Assembly: GCA_951406725.2 (NCBI GenBank)
Contig: OX597826.1
Span: 24,552,001 to 24,616,000, forward strand
DNA from: Octopus vulgaris
Lineage: Eukaryota
Length of the DNA stretch: 64,000 nucleotides
Direction of reading: 5' to 3'
Below the pieces are notes generated by a model. That model was not told the origin of the DNA. It searched no databases and saw nothing but the letters and a program-made list of their open reading frames with translations. Position numbers and translations under genes: made by a program. Positions 24,942 to 42,019 of the stretch are shown here, piece after piece (within the stretch, counting starts at the first letter, position 1; every line of letters starts with the position of its first letter).

Positions 24942-24973
24942 AACATGTTTCGGTATTATCAAACACCCATCAG
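24942..24973 (-). ncRNA. degenerate Penelope-type minimal hammerhead motif
   Basis: CUGAUG(-)GGUGUU ugau AAUACC GAAA CAUG UU. A9 is missing and stem I is lost. Confidence 0.45.
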
Positions 24974-25116
24974 CGAAGCATATTTTACTCAGTTGTTTCC
25001 ATCATTCTGTTTAACATCACCACCTTCCACGGCGTCCACTCTTATTTTAAAGTATTCGGGTTAGGTCACTTCCCTCCTTTCCGCGCCCTATTCTTGGTGT
25101 TCTTTAATGGTCCATG

Positions 25117-25216
25117 NNNNNNNNNNNNNNNNNNNNNNNNNNNNNNNNNNNNNNNNNNNNNNNNNNNNNNNNNNNNNNNNNNNNNNNNNNNNNNNNNNNN
25201 NNNNNNNNNNNNNNNN
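25117..25216. other. assembly gap (100 N)
   Basis: Run of exactly 100 N, a typical unknown-size scaffolding gap. Confidence 0.99.
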
Positions 25217-25217
25217 T

Positions 25218-26637
25218 CACCCACATACACGCGTACATATACGTCTCCAAGCCTATAAGCATACATACGCACTCGCGTGTAGACACGTACATAAACACAC
25301 ACGCACCCACACGCACGCGCGCACACACACATATATACATACAACAGAATATCCGCATATATAGACGGACATTACGCGCGTACACGCTCACATGTATATA
25401 CGCGCGCCCCTCACTACATACACACACGTATATGCCCACGCCTCTAGGTCTAGGTATAAGATATTAAAGGATGTGTATAAGAACGTATGTAAAGAATCCC
25501 GTACTCATGTTAATACGCGCACGCACACACGGCTGTGTGTCCGTATGTGCGTGCACATATACACTCATATACTCATATACACACACAGAGACACACGCGC
25601 ACATGGGTATAGCCATAAGATATCGAAGTATGCATGTACATATACGCGCGTGCACATGTATGTATGCGCATACACACGTACGCGGACGCTCGCATACTCA
25701 AAAGGCGGATCCATAGGTAAGTAAATAAACATATATAGAGGTGTAAAGCGATAAATTAGGGGTAAGAATGAGGGTAAGGGTAAAGATTAGAAATAAAAAA
25801 TACAGTATAAAATAAGAAATACAATGTAATAGTTAGAAATGAAATATAAGAATTATAAGGGTTATAAGAGTTAAGGTAAGGGATGAAAATGAAAATGAGA
25901 GTAAATGGAAGTAGAATAAAAGTAAAAATAAAATTAAAAATAAAAATAAATGGAAGTAGGATAAAGATAAAAATAAAAATAAAAATAAAAATAAAATAAA
26001 ATAAAGTAAAAAAATAAAAAAATAAGGTAAAAATATAGGGTAAAAATATAATTTTGTAAAGTTTAACATGAGATGGAGGTGGCACACATATATATATATG
26101 TATATGTACACATACGTACACGTATGTGCACATACACGCACACACACACACACACACACATACACACGCACACATAGGAAAGCGGGATGTGCTGGAGCCG
26201 ACAGGTTGCACCGGGTGGGAGGCATACTTCGATATCTTATGGCTATACCCATGTGCGCGTGTGTCTCTGTGTGTGTATATGAGTATATGAGTGTATATGT
26301 GCACGCACATACGGACACACAGCCGTGTGTGCGTGCGCGTATTAACATGAGTACGGGATTCTTTACATACGTTCTTATACACATCCTTTAATATCTTATA
26401 CCTAGACCTAGAGGCGTGGGCATATACGTGTGTGTATGTAGTGAGGGGCGCGCGTATATACATGTGAGCGTGTACGCGCGTAATGTCCGTCTATATATGC
26501 GGATATTCTGTTGTATGTATATATGTGTGTGTGCGCGCGTGCGTGTGGGTGCGTGTGTGTTTATGTACGTGTCTACACGCGAGTGCGTATGTATGCTTAT
26601 AGGCTTGGAGACGTATATGTACGCGTGTATGTGGGTG
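25218..26637. repeat. 416-bp inverted repeat (arms 25218-25633 and 26222-26637)
   Basis: The arms read as reverse complements, and the ORF track gives identical peptides on both strands. Confidence 0.92.
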
Positions 26638-27259
26638 TATGTATCCATGATGATATGTATGTACTGGAAGTCCATTTAATTCAAGGAACCAGATTAAATT
26701 CTCATCAGCTCTGATTTACGACGAAACTGTTAATTTACTGACAGTTCTACAACTAAGTTTTATCAATCTCCTGACCACCATGCTTGGTCCGCGACCTCTA
26801 TACATCCCTTATCTTTACATTCTTTTACACTTTTATCATGTTTTTATCAGGTTCTTTTACTTCTTTTACTATTATTTCCATTTCTATTTTTACTTTACAA
26901 CCTTATGCCTTTACATTTATTTATATTTCTTTATATTTCTTTATACCCCCTTTACATCTCCTTACAACTCTTTATATCTTTATCCTCTACATTTTTATAT
27001 TATTCTATACGTACATTTTTTATACATATTTTTTATCCCTCGTCCCGAACTCTCGCCCCTCCATCTTCACCTCTATATACGTATTTATTTATTTACATTA
27101 CCTCAACATCCAAGTTTCCTCATTCTACATTGAGAGAAGAAGGGGATGGACGCTTCAATTCTATGCTGCTGCCGCATTATGTCGTACGTGAACGAGAGGA
27201 TTTGCATCCCCAACCAAGAATTTTTGATGTAACACATGTCCTTGTGGAAGCTGTTGTGC

Positions 27260-27337
27260 GCGGCTGAAGAAGGCCACAGACACACATTATGCTTTGTTAT
27301 AAATCTGTCTAATAAAGGCCCGAAACATATGTACCGC
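27260..27337 (+). ncRNA. type I minimal hammerhead ribozyme (Penelope-like)
   Basis: GCGG-CUGAAGA-aGGCC...GGCCc-GAAA-CAUAUG-UA-CCGC. Stem I is 4 bp, stem III is the palindrome ACAUAUGU, and the cleavage triplet is GUA. Confidence 0.7.
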
Positions 27338-27377
27338 TGAATCCTTTGCCTCATGTTTTTATTTTTATTTTGATCAA

Positions 27378-30967
<3,590 letters not shown>

Positions 30968-31859
30968 AACGGGAAGCTTTATGAAAATAGACAAAAGACG
31001 AAGGCAGGTGGAAAACAAACAAACAATTGTATTAGTATGGCGCTCAGGAAATATAAATAAAACAAGTCTTTATATATATATACATACACACATATTCATA
31101 TGGGAAAGTCGATAGGTTATCGGTTCTGTTTGAGTGACTCTCAAGCAGTTAAAGGGTGCCTGTAATAATAATCCTCTTCATTGGTTTAACGTTCGCTTTT
31201 CCATACATGCTCACATGGGTCAGACAGAATTAGTTGAGGCAGATTTTCTATGTCTGAATCCCTTTCCACATGCCAACCCTCACCTGAATGTAATAAGCAA
31301 GATAATATATGCCCATATCCCATTGTTTTTTCACAAAAACTAGAAACAAACAGCCTTGGTTATATGAAGATAATACTCATTTACAACTATCACACACTGT
31401 CAAGACAAGGGCATCCATATTTACACATATACACACACATCACTGGCTTCTTTCAGTTTCCATCTACCAGATCCACTCTCAATGCTTTGGCTGGCCTGAA
31501 GGTTTTAGCAGCAGACCATCGAAGTGCTGTGCAGTGGACTGAACCCAATACCACATGGTTGGAAAGGCAAGCCTCTCAACTACACAGCCACACCTGCATC
31601 TAATAAAAGTAACAGAAACGATAAATATTTGCTAAGTTTAAATTTAGCACCTGAAGAGTTGTGCTTTAAGTTCAACACTAAAAATAAATCCTGGTGATAT
31701 ATTGCTTTATGCTGATATTCCACAATTATTAAACTTGCAGTGTTTGTCTAGAGAGTCGGGTCAGATTATATTTCCTGCTTCTCTGCTGCATTGTGGATCA
31801 TAGAGGTAACTCTAAAAAAAAAAAAGAATAAAAGACAAATGAACATCATAACTTATGTA

Positions 31860-32066
31860 TGAAGGGGTGCTGAAAAGTTCCTGGCTTTGGCTAAAAGAAA
31901 ATACAGAAGGATCAGTTAATTATGATTTTATTCAACATACTCCCTTCTTAGATTCACACACTTATTGCAGTGGTCCTTAAGCCCTGTAAAAAAAACTCTG
32001 AAGGTTGGGCCTCCAACCAGGCCTTTTGCGATACCCTTAAAACTAGGAACTTTGCAGCACCTCTTG
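31860..32066. mobile_element. mariner-type MITE
   Basis: TIR GGGGTGCTGAAAAGTTCCT / AGGAACTTTGCAGCACC with TA flanks. Second copy at 59979-60198. Confidence 0.8.
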
Positions 32067-32602
32067 TATGTCATGTCTGTACAGAACAGTGATATATATC
32101 ACTGGTTTGCTGACCACTGTAGCTCTGCCAGAATACTCAAAGCCATGTGAGTGTTCTAGTAATTAGAATAGAGAATACATTGGTGTTTATTTGCTATTGT
32201 GTAAAGCTGTAGAGAATCCCTAGCAATGTTACATTTAAGCCTGTTTATTTTAATTGACAAAAAATACCTAAGAAAGGAAGTTTGGATAAACCTCTTTGCC
32301 CCTCTCTCTTTCTCTCTCTCTCACATTTACTATTAATGGTTTATGTAAGGCAGCGGGCTGGCAGAATCGTAACCATGCAGGCCAAAATGCTTAGCATTTC
32401 TTTCAGCTTTACGTTCTGTGTTCAAATTCTGCCAATGTCAATTCTGCCTTTCATCCTTTCAGGGTGGATGAAATAAGCACCAGTTAAGTACTGGGATCAA
32501 TGGAATTAACTAACTGTTCTTCAAAAATTTCAGGCCTTGTGCGTTATTATGGTTTGTTTTTGTTAATGTTAAAGCTTACTTGTGTGTATGTATGTGTGTG
32601 TG

Positions 32603-32634
<32 letters not shown>

Positions 32635-32657
32635 ATGTTTTCTCTTATTTTCTCCAG

Positions 32658-32731
32658 CAATTTGATTTCCATGCTTTAGAGGAAGCTACTGAATATGATG
32701 GTGGGTTTACAAATGACTCTCCTACCATAAG
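32658..32731 (+). CDS. UBE3A: UBE3A antepenultimate exon
   Basis: [24 protein letters not shown](R); tctccag acceptor; GT donor. Confidence 0.9.
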
Positions 32732-35700
32732 GTTGGTGTAAATGTTTATCAGTTTGTTTTTTTTCTTCAGGGATGCACGCATACATACATATATTACATA
32801 CTTAAGAAGATTCCTGTCTGAAGTGGGACTGAACCTGAAACTGGGTGGGAAGCAAATTTCTTAACCACATAGCTGTGTGTGTGTGTGTATGTATGTGTAT
32901 GTGTAATTGTACATATCATTATTTAATGTCTGCTTTCCATGCTGGCATGGGTTGGACGGTTTGACTGAGATCTGGAAAGCCAGCAGCTGCACCAGGCTCC
33001 ATTCTGATCTGGCAATATTTCTACAGCTGGATGCCCTTACTAATGCCAACCACTCCAAGAATGTAGTGGGTGCATTTTACATAGCACTGGCACGGGGGCC
33101 AGTCGGGGTGTACTGGCATCGGCCATGTTTGGATGGTGCTTTTTACATGTCACCAGTACGGGAGCCAGCCAGGGGGTACTGGCATTGGCTACATTTGGAT
33201 TGTGCTTTTTATGTGCCACTGGCATGAGAGGTAGTCAGGTGGACCCTGGCATCGACCACGTTCAGATGGTGCTTTTTATGTACCACCAGCACGGGGCACT
33301 GGCCACAGCTACGATTTTGGTTTTGACTTAACAGGTCTTCTCAAGCATATCATATTGACTGATGCATCAGGTGTACTCTTAACTGGGCTGGACATGCAAT
33401 GCTGGCATTGGCTGCGATCTCACTTTAGTTGCTGGGTTTTCTCAATCACAGCATATCTCCAAAGGCCTCGGTCTCCTGTCACTGCCTCTGTGAGGCCTAA
33501 TTTTTGATGGTCATGCTTCACCACTTCATCCCATGTCTTCCTGGGTCTACCTCTTCCACAGTTAGTGAGTGACACCTTCTCACACAGCTGTCCTCATCCA
33601 TACGTAACATATGGCCATACCAGCACTGTTGTCGCTGTCTTGCACACCACATTTGATGCTTCTTATGCTCAACTATTCTCCCAGGACGCTTATACTCTGT
33701 CGTGTATGCACACTGACATTACACATCCAGCGGATCATACCAGCTTCATTTCTTTCAAGCCCACGCATGTTCTCAGCAGTCTGGCCGTGTAGCATGGCAG
33801 TATCTGTGTGTGTGTGTGTTACTGTCTCCTTGCCTTGACATCACATAAGTTACAAACAAGTGTCACTGTCATGAGGGAAATATTACCTTACTTGGAAACA
33901 GGTGAGAGTTGGCAACAAGAAGTGTACCCTGCCTTCAACAAATTGTCTGACCCCATGCAAGTATGGAAAAGTGGACATTAAAAAATGATGAAGAGTAACA
34001 TATATATACAAAAATACACACAAAGAATTATAAAAACAAGAGAAACTATATTTTAATTTCCAATATTTTTATTGTTATTATTATTATTATTCCTATATAT
34101 ATGTATTATATATAGAAACCAAGATAAAAATTTAAAAAAATAAGGCATTTCTCTGTTATTGTCTGATGTCTCTCTATCAAGCTTCCTGCTTGGCAAACAT
34201 GGAATGCCGCTGACCAAAGACAAATAGAAAACATTAAACTCTACTGGACTCTTTCAGACTTGACAACAACAGATCATTGCAGACAACACATAAATGATCA
34301 TGGAGTGTGCATTGGTGGTGGAGGTGGTGGTAGTATTGATGGGGAATGTGATGAGGACAACGACAATTATGATGATTTGAGTGTTGTTGGTTTGGGAATA
34401 TATATCTTGCCTCAGCTCCAGTCAGCTTTACTTAAATACTAAAATGACTAAATTAGCAATATGTAAGGGGAAAGAAAACAAATATTTATTGGATTTTTTT
34501 TAAAGCTTATTTAAGGGTTAGGCATGTTTTGATAAAAGAAAAAATTCTCTGACATTATGTACATATATATAAATATATATTGTAACCATGTTGGTTTGGG
34601 TTCAGTCCCACTGTGCAGCACCTTGGGCAAGTGTCTTCTATTATAGCCCCAGGAAAACCAATGCCTAATGAGTAAATTTGCCAACCACTCTGAGAGTGTA
34701 GTGGGTGCCTTTTACGTTCCACCAGCACAGGAGCCAGCCAGTCTGGCGGGCCTGGCATTGATCATGTTCTGATAGTGCTTTTTATGTGTATGTACATATG
34801 TACGTGCATATATATATATATAGATACACACACACACACATTCACAAATGCTTGCAATACATTATTTAAAAATAACCTATTTTCTCTCTTTACTTTTCCC
34901 TAAACACTAAATTTCTGCTACTGTATTTGTCAGCCATTCATACATGAATTAAATCTGAAATAAATGTTTTGTTTTGTCAACAGGAACTTCTGGTCTGTGG
35001 TACATGATTTCACTGAAGAACAACAGAGGAAATTATTACAGTTCACCACAGGGACGGACAGAGTTCCAATAGGTGGCCTCTCTAAAGTTAAGTTAATTAT
35101 TGCCCGCAATGGTCCAGATTCTGACCGGTGAGTCTTGGGAACACTCTTTTCTAAGATACTGTGTGTGTTTATGAGTGTATCATTCAAGTGTGTGTACGTG
35201 TGACATGCATATCAGTGCTCATGTGTTTCTGTCAGACTTGCTTTTGTCTTGATTGAAAAAAGTTTTTTTTTTTACTTTCATTGTGGTCTTTAACTTTCAC
35301 TGAGCTGATTAAATTTTTGCTGGGGTTTTTAATATACTAATTAATCATATGCAGATTAATTCTTACAACCTTTTTTTATTGACCAATAAAAATTAAAATG
35401 TGTATACTACATTCTGTGACTCTCACTTTCCTATCCTTCCTTGTCCTACTGGGGTAGCCAAGTATCTCCTCTTAGTATGATAACTATCTGTCCCTTTATC
35501 AGTGTGACAGCATGGGAGACCGGCATTAAATGAGTATGTGTGTGTGTGTGTATGAATGAATGAAATCTCCTGATGTTATCAACCAGGCTGTTGGATGTTA
35601 TACATCACTGGTCACAATGTGCTTTGCTGGTTAGGTGCTCAGGCCAGCATTCCACCTGATTGGAAAGCCAGTCTGCCACAGAGTTACCCATTCACAAGTG

Positions 35701-36263
35701 AGTGAACTGGAGCAGTGTGAAATGCAGTGTTTTGCCCAAGAACACATGTAGTTCAGGCCAGGAATTGAACCCACATCTAGCAATCGTGAGTGCAACACCC
35801 TAACCACTAGGTCATGACAGAAGTCTACACCAGGCTACTGTGTCAGTTTTGGCATGGCTTTTATAGCTGGATGCTCTTCCTAAAACCAACCACTCTGCAG
35901 AGATATATATCAAAAATAAACTCACATATGCTGTGTAATAACGATGTATAACAATTGATTTTTAGTGAAAGCATTAACATTCTAATTTTGATAGAATGTT
36001 TTCTAAGTTTTATAGTTTTGATGTTGGTATAGTCTGAATGAATGAAGTGATTTTTGAAATTATTTGTGACAAAAAAAGCAAACTTCTTTTTTCAAATTAT
36101 TTCCCATCAACAATCTATTTAAAAAAAATTTTTTTTTTTCAGACTCCCTACATCTCATACCTGTTTTAATGTTTTGTTACTACCTGACTATTCCAATCGG
36201 GAAAAACTGCAAGACCGACTCACGAAAGCCATTAACTATTCCAAAGGTTTTGGAATGCTGTGA
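32658..36263 (+). CDS. UBE3A: ubiquitin-protein ligase E3A (E6AP), last three exons (HECT C-terminus)
   Basis: Exons 32658-32731, 34984-35127 and 36143-36263 splice to [63 protein letters not shown]. This includes the catalytic HTCF and the E6AP-type GFGML end. Confidence 0.93.
32911..34680 (+). repeat. 1.75-kb direct duplication, copy 1 (in UBE3A intron)
   Basis: Near-identical to 47316-49034, including non-TE sequence. Confidence 0.92.
34984..35127 (+). CDS. UBE3A: UBE3A penultimate exon
   Basis: [47 protein letters not shown]; GTGAGT donor. Confidence 0.93.
36143..36263 (+). CDS. UBE3A: UBE3A last coding exon
   Basis: [39 protein letters not shown]. Confidence 0.95.
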
Positions 36264-37125
36264 AACAAACTATAAAAACAAACAAAAAAAAAAAGGACAA
36301 AGAACAAAAAGCAAACAAAAAAACAAAACAGAGCCAAAAATAAACCCTCCCTCCCCTCCATTTTTTTCTCCTCTCCCTGAAGTATTAACTTTCAGCAAGT
36401 GCAACTAGTTGAAACTACCACCACAACCAATGCTATCATACCGTCACCGCCATCACCACTATAACTACTACTACTACTACCATAACAGTTACTAATATAA
36501 TTACTACTACTACCTGAAGATCTTCAAGACCTGTTAATTCATTGTGGAGACCGAATTTCTAGCAGTGCTACCATTTTACAGTTCTGACGATGACGATGAT
36601 GACTACAACAACACAAGAAAACAAAGAAATGTGTTTTAATATCTCTTGGGAAAAAAAAAAATCTTTGTTGCAATGCATTCCCTCTCCTACCCCATCTCTT
36701 TGCTTTTTATTGCTGCTTAATATTCCAAAATATTTTTAGCTGCTTGTGTTTACACATTTCTGTTGATGTGTGTGTGTGTGTGTGTGTGAATGTGATAGCA
36801 TTTGTGTGGGTGGTTCAATCACAGTTGGTAGGAATTTGCTGTGAGTATGCTTTTCTGTATGCAAGGGAAAACAAGACTCAAAAAGTAAGCATCTGGATTA
36901 TTCAAGGTTTCCAATCAGCTCCAAATTCCTAGCATATGCCAAGCAGGTACTTTATTTTCATGTATGATTTTATATCTGCATGCACACGTGTGTATGTACG
37001 TATGTATGGCATTTTAAACAGGCAGTGTTACATATGTGCCTCAAAGAAGGGCTGAGATGTTCATGCATGGCATTTTTTACTTTCTGCTGATTAATGCATT
37101 CAAACACATACACACACTCATTTAT

Positions 37126-37157
<32 letters not shown>

Positions 37158-40100
37158 CTGTATATATATATTCATGTATTGAGATTTATCTTGTTTGTTT
37201 TACAAAATAGACATACATATATATATGTGTGTGTGTGTATGTGTGTGTATAATGTGGAAGAGGAGTAATAGTTCAGTTATTAATATTATTATGAATGACA
37301 CCATATAGCTCTTGTGTTGTCAAGTGCATGTTACAATTTTGATCCTGCATTAGAAGTCTATTTGTTTCCCTTAGGCACTGCCCCCCTCCTTCATAGGGGA
37401 ATGCAGGGACCTTATACAACTTCCCATTATCCACCCTTAAAAATGAAGGGTTATTTTGCCTGGTTAAAAGACACTATTATATTGATGATGATGATAATAA
37501 CGATGATGTTGCTATCAACTATAGCATGGGAATGAGGTTGAACTGGAGAAGCATTGTTGCCATTAAAAATAATTTATTAAAGATGAATTGGTAAAAGTAA
37601 ATGAATGAGTTGATAAATTACTAGCCTACCAAGTCATGGTTCACAGGTTCAGTTATTATTAGCTGTAGGTGTTTTTGTTCCTGAAGAGAACACTTCTGCA
37701 TGACTTCACTCGTTCACCTAACTGAGGGAATAACTACTGGATTGTTTATAGGAGAGTAAAAGTTATCTGCTGCAGACTTGCATCTTATTCTGGGAAGGGA
37801 GATCAGATTTCTGTCTTGTACACCTCGGGCTATAGAATCCAGAGTTAAACACAATACTTGTTACTCTGGAAAGGATTGCTTTTAATTTTTTATTTAAATA
37901 TCTGGAACTAGAGAGTATGGTGTGAACAGGATGAGTTTATCAGACATTATTGAAGAAGCCAAGAGAGGTTACCTGTAGTTGTTGTTTAGTCTCAGGTCAG
38001 AGATCTGAGCTGTTCAAAGGAATTCTAACCACAACATCTCGTGTTTTTATACACCCAGGTCTACATTATTGGATATAGAGGTTTTTTATTTTATTTGCTA
38101 AAGCTGATTGGGTTATGGCTTAGGGGAGTTTAGATAGTGTTTAGTTGGTCATACAACCATGTGGAAGATCTCTTGGAGGTTGGCAGCTGTTCAGAACTTG
38201 TCACAAGTGCTGCACTGTGTCAATAAGCAATGGCTTGATCCACCTCAAAAAATAGCTATGAAAGGCAGGGTTATCACAACAACCTCGCTGTAAGTAGTGG
38301 TTTGTTGGCATGAAGTGATGAGTTTGAGTTGTCTTCAGGTGCTGCAGCCAGGTAACAATCTGGATCTTACTGGTCACATGTAGGAGTCAATGGTGTGGTG
38401 GTGAAGGTCACCCTCTGATGGATACCACTGGCTCAGATTAAGTAACAGATCTGGAACCTGGAAGTTCTCTTGTAATTAAATCCCACACCCTAACATCCAC
38501 TGCTTGATTACTGCTATTACTACCATCACCACTCTCATCCTCTCACTGCCACCACCAATGTTGCTACTACTGTAGTCCTCATTACTGCTGCCCCTGCTTA
38601 ATGTGGTCACTGATATTTTATTCATGCTTCTCCCCCCCCCCACTCCTCACTTCCCCACATCTGGCCATATTACAGTGAATAGAAGACTTGGATTCCTGAC
38701 TAGTTGATATCAAGTTTGCAGTTTTTCACTTCCTAGTTGGGGGATGGTGGTGGGGTGAGGTACTTTATATTGTTTTTAATTTTCAGTTTAGTCATCCCCA
38801 CCCTGCCCCTTCACCCTACTCACATTGGAGAATGAACTAATGAATATCACAACATCACATTTCTCTTCCACCCACCACCACTACCACCACCCTGGAAATT
38901 TAAAGTTGTGTTGTGTGCTCATGTTCTTTAACCATTGTGGTCAAGACCATACTGGAGCACCTGTCAAATCCATTTCTGTTACAATTGCTGCTTGTTTCTT
39001 TGTTTTTATTTCTCTTCCTCCTCCCTTACATACTACACACACACATACACTCACAGAAAAACCTTCATAAAACCTAATTTAATGGCATGAACATCACAAC
39101 TGACCATTTCTTCCCCCTTGTCCTCCTCCTCTTTTTTTTCTTTTTTTTTTTAAATAAAATCTTTACCTTCATGCCTGTGTAAGAAATATTATTACTTCTT
39201 TTGCATGTGTATGCATGCAGTGAGCTTGATATAAATCAACTTTCTGACTCCTTGTGTTCCAATTTTCGGTTGGAGCTAACTGCAGTCAGATCTTTCAAGA
39301 AACCCATGAATGTTACAATTCCTCGTTTGCTCCAATTTCTGCAAAAATCTGTTTTGATGTGTGTGTGTTTGTGTGAAAGAAAAGATATTTCTGTAAGAGG
39401 AAAAGAAAATTTAACATTGCAAAGTGTGTAATGATGTCTTTTCTGTTTCTCTGCATCATGTTATGTGGAATACTTCATTAACTCTTTGTCAATCCTGATT
39501 CTAAAGAGCCCTTTTTATTTTTATTTAATGGTTTTTGCCTGTTGCTCTTTTTTTATTTGACTTGTAATATGCAAATACTCGTTATGACACTCTGATTTCA
39601 GTCCTTAAAAAAAAAACATGACTTTCTCTATCACACACACGTGTGAATTGATGCCTGGCCTAGAGAAGGCAACTGGAACATAATTTCATGTTCCTTTCCT
39701 TGAGATATTATGACAGTTGTAGCAAGTTATATCCCTAAGTGAATATGCTTTTTTTTTTGTATGATAAATAAAATAAGTAAAAAATTTCTTCTCATTAACT
39801 ACCGCCACAGCTACATCAGTGACATTTTCCCCACTGATCATGGATCCACTGCTGCGTCTATGACACCCATCTTTTACTGCTATCATCACCACCACTACTA
39901 CTACTGTATAACTTCTATTGCCACTGCCACCACCACCACCACTATTACAACTACAAACCACCACAACTACTTCTACTAACATGTGCAAACTTTCTTATTA
40001 CATACCATGTCCGACAGCTGCTATTAGACTGGAAATGTTGCTGCTTTTGATTCGTGGCAGTGTTAATAATTGAGACGAGGCGGGGTTTTAATAATTACAA

Positions 40101-40854
40101 ACTGAACCCACTCCAACTTAGTGGGGCTGTTTTAGTGGGGGTTTGGGGTCGGTTTTTTTTCTTTGCTAATTCTCAACTTCCTTCCTCCCACACAAAATTT
40201 CAGACTTCATATATATATACATTCATACACAATGGAAAACAGTCAATTTTATTACACATTGTGGCCAGAGACTATGGAATGTTTCTACAACCAGATTTTG
40301 ATGATTTGCCAATCACAGACCCACATACCCACTTCACTCTGTTACCTTTGGGGAAAGGCATGAACATTGCATTCATTGTAATTATTCCTGGTTTCCAAAC
40401 TCCTAAAAATAAAATAAAAATCTCTCTAGTTTCATTTTCTGTCTAAAGATAAATGACAATGTTTTCCCTTTTTTTTCTTTTTTTTTTTCTTTTGTTAAAC
40501 TTCCCACATGAAGTTAATGTTAATCAGTAAAGTGCCAAACTAGAAGATACTTAATAGTATCTAGCTTGTAGGCCTCATCTTTCTTGAGTTCAAATCTTCT
40601 CTCAGTCTGTATATGTTGAGCATGGAGGCAGGTGTAAGAATCGCTAAAATAAATACTGTTGATAAAATGGAATCGATTCATTTGACTATATTCCTCCAGA
40701 CCCTACCCTCACCCTTTCTCTTGTTTGAACTTGGGGCCCTTTTCCCCCAAAAAAATAGAGGCCGTATGGTATTTTATCTCTATATATATATTGAAATAGT
40801 GAATATCGAAGACAGAACTTCTTGCAGTTCAAAAAGTGAAAATCAAATAATCAT

Positions 40855-41585
40855 TATAGGTGTAGCTGTATGGTTAAGAAGCTTGCATCCCAACCATGTA
40901 GTCCTGGGTTCAGTCTCACTGTATAGCACCTTTGAAAGTTACTTCTACTATAACCCTAAGCTAATCAAAGCTTTGTGAGTTGAGGTAGTAGATGAAAATT
41001 GAAAGATGCTTTTTATATGTAGGCGTGGCTGTGTGTTCAGAAGCTTGCTTCCCAATCACATGGTTCCAAGTTCAGTCCCACTGCATGGCACCTGGGCAAG
41101 TGTCTTCTACTATAGCCTTGTGAGTGGATTTGATAGATGCTCATCACACACACACACACACATATTTATTCGTGTTTGTCATGCCCGCCATCACTTGACA
41201 AATGATGCTGGTGTGTTTATGTTCCTGTAACTTAGCAGTTGAGCAAAAGAGACCAATAGAATAAGTACTAGGCTTACAGGGGTTGAATTTTTTTTTTACT
41301 AAAATCCTTTAAGGCAGTGCTCCAGCATGGTTACAGTCATATGACTGAAACAAGTAAAGAATATCTGTGTCTTTGTGTTGCATTTGTCCCCCACCACTGA
41401 TTCACAACTGGTGTTGGTGTATTTACATCCCTGTAGCTTAGCAGTTCAGAAAAAGACGCTAATAGAATAAGTACCAGATTTAAAAAAAAAAAATCCTGAG
41501 GTCGTTTTTGCTTAGCTAGACCCTTCAAAGTGGTGCCTCAGCATGGCTGCAGTCTAATGACTGATACAGGAAAAAAATTAAAGAT
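40855..41585 (+). mobile_element. tandem family A tRNA-SINE copies and fragments
   Basis: GGCTGTGTG..GTTCAGTCCCACTGC..GGCAAGTGTCTTCTACTATAGCC heads with repeated 3' modules. Confidence 0.75.
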
Positions 41586-42019
41586 ATTTCAGGTTCAAAG
41601 ACCCCATTATCAGAATTGAACAGAGTAAAGAAATGTTAAAAGTTTATGTAGATCTGGCCAATAAGACGTGAAAGTTATAAAACTCCCTCTACCACTTGAA
41701 TTGGTAAAAAAATTCGATTAGGAAAGGGGAATAGTCATGCATGACTGCATCTGCATAAACTTCATTCACTTCTGTTGATTGGCTTTTGTGCTTGAAATGT
41801 ATAAAAGCTACTTTACTTACCTGTTTTGCATTGTAATAATATAAGCTCTCCCATCTTTGTTCTTTATTGTTTCACTTTTGTATCTCAATGCTTTGAGTTA
41901 AACTACAATGCTCCTTTTTGTACAATATTTCCCCTGCAAACCTCAAGTTTTAACTTCACTGGAAGTGGGGTGCGGGTTGGTCTTATCACTATGAAATTTT
42001 GAATAATCCCCTTCTGTCT

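Noticed and set aside
31741-31805. AG..GT-bounded segment translating ..LLHCGS*, like UBE3A LLICGS
   Set aside because: In-frame stop and no further similarity.
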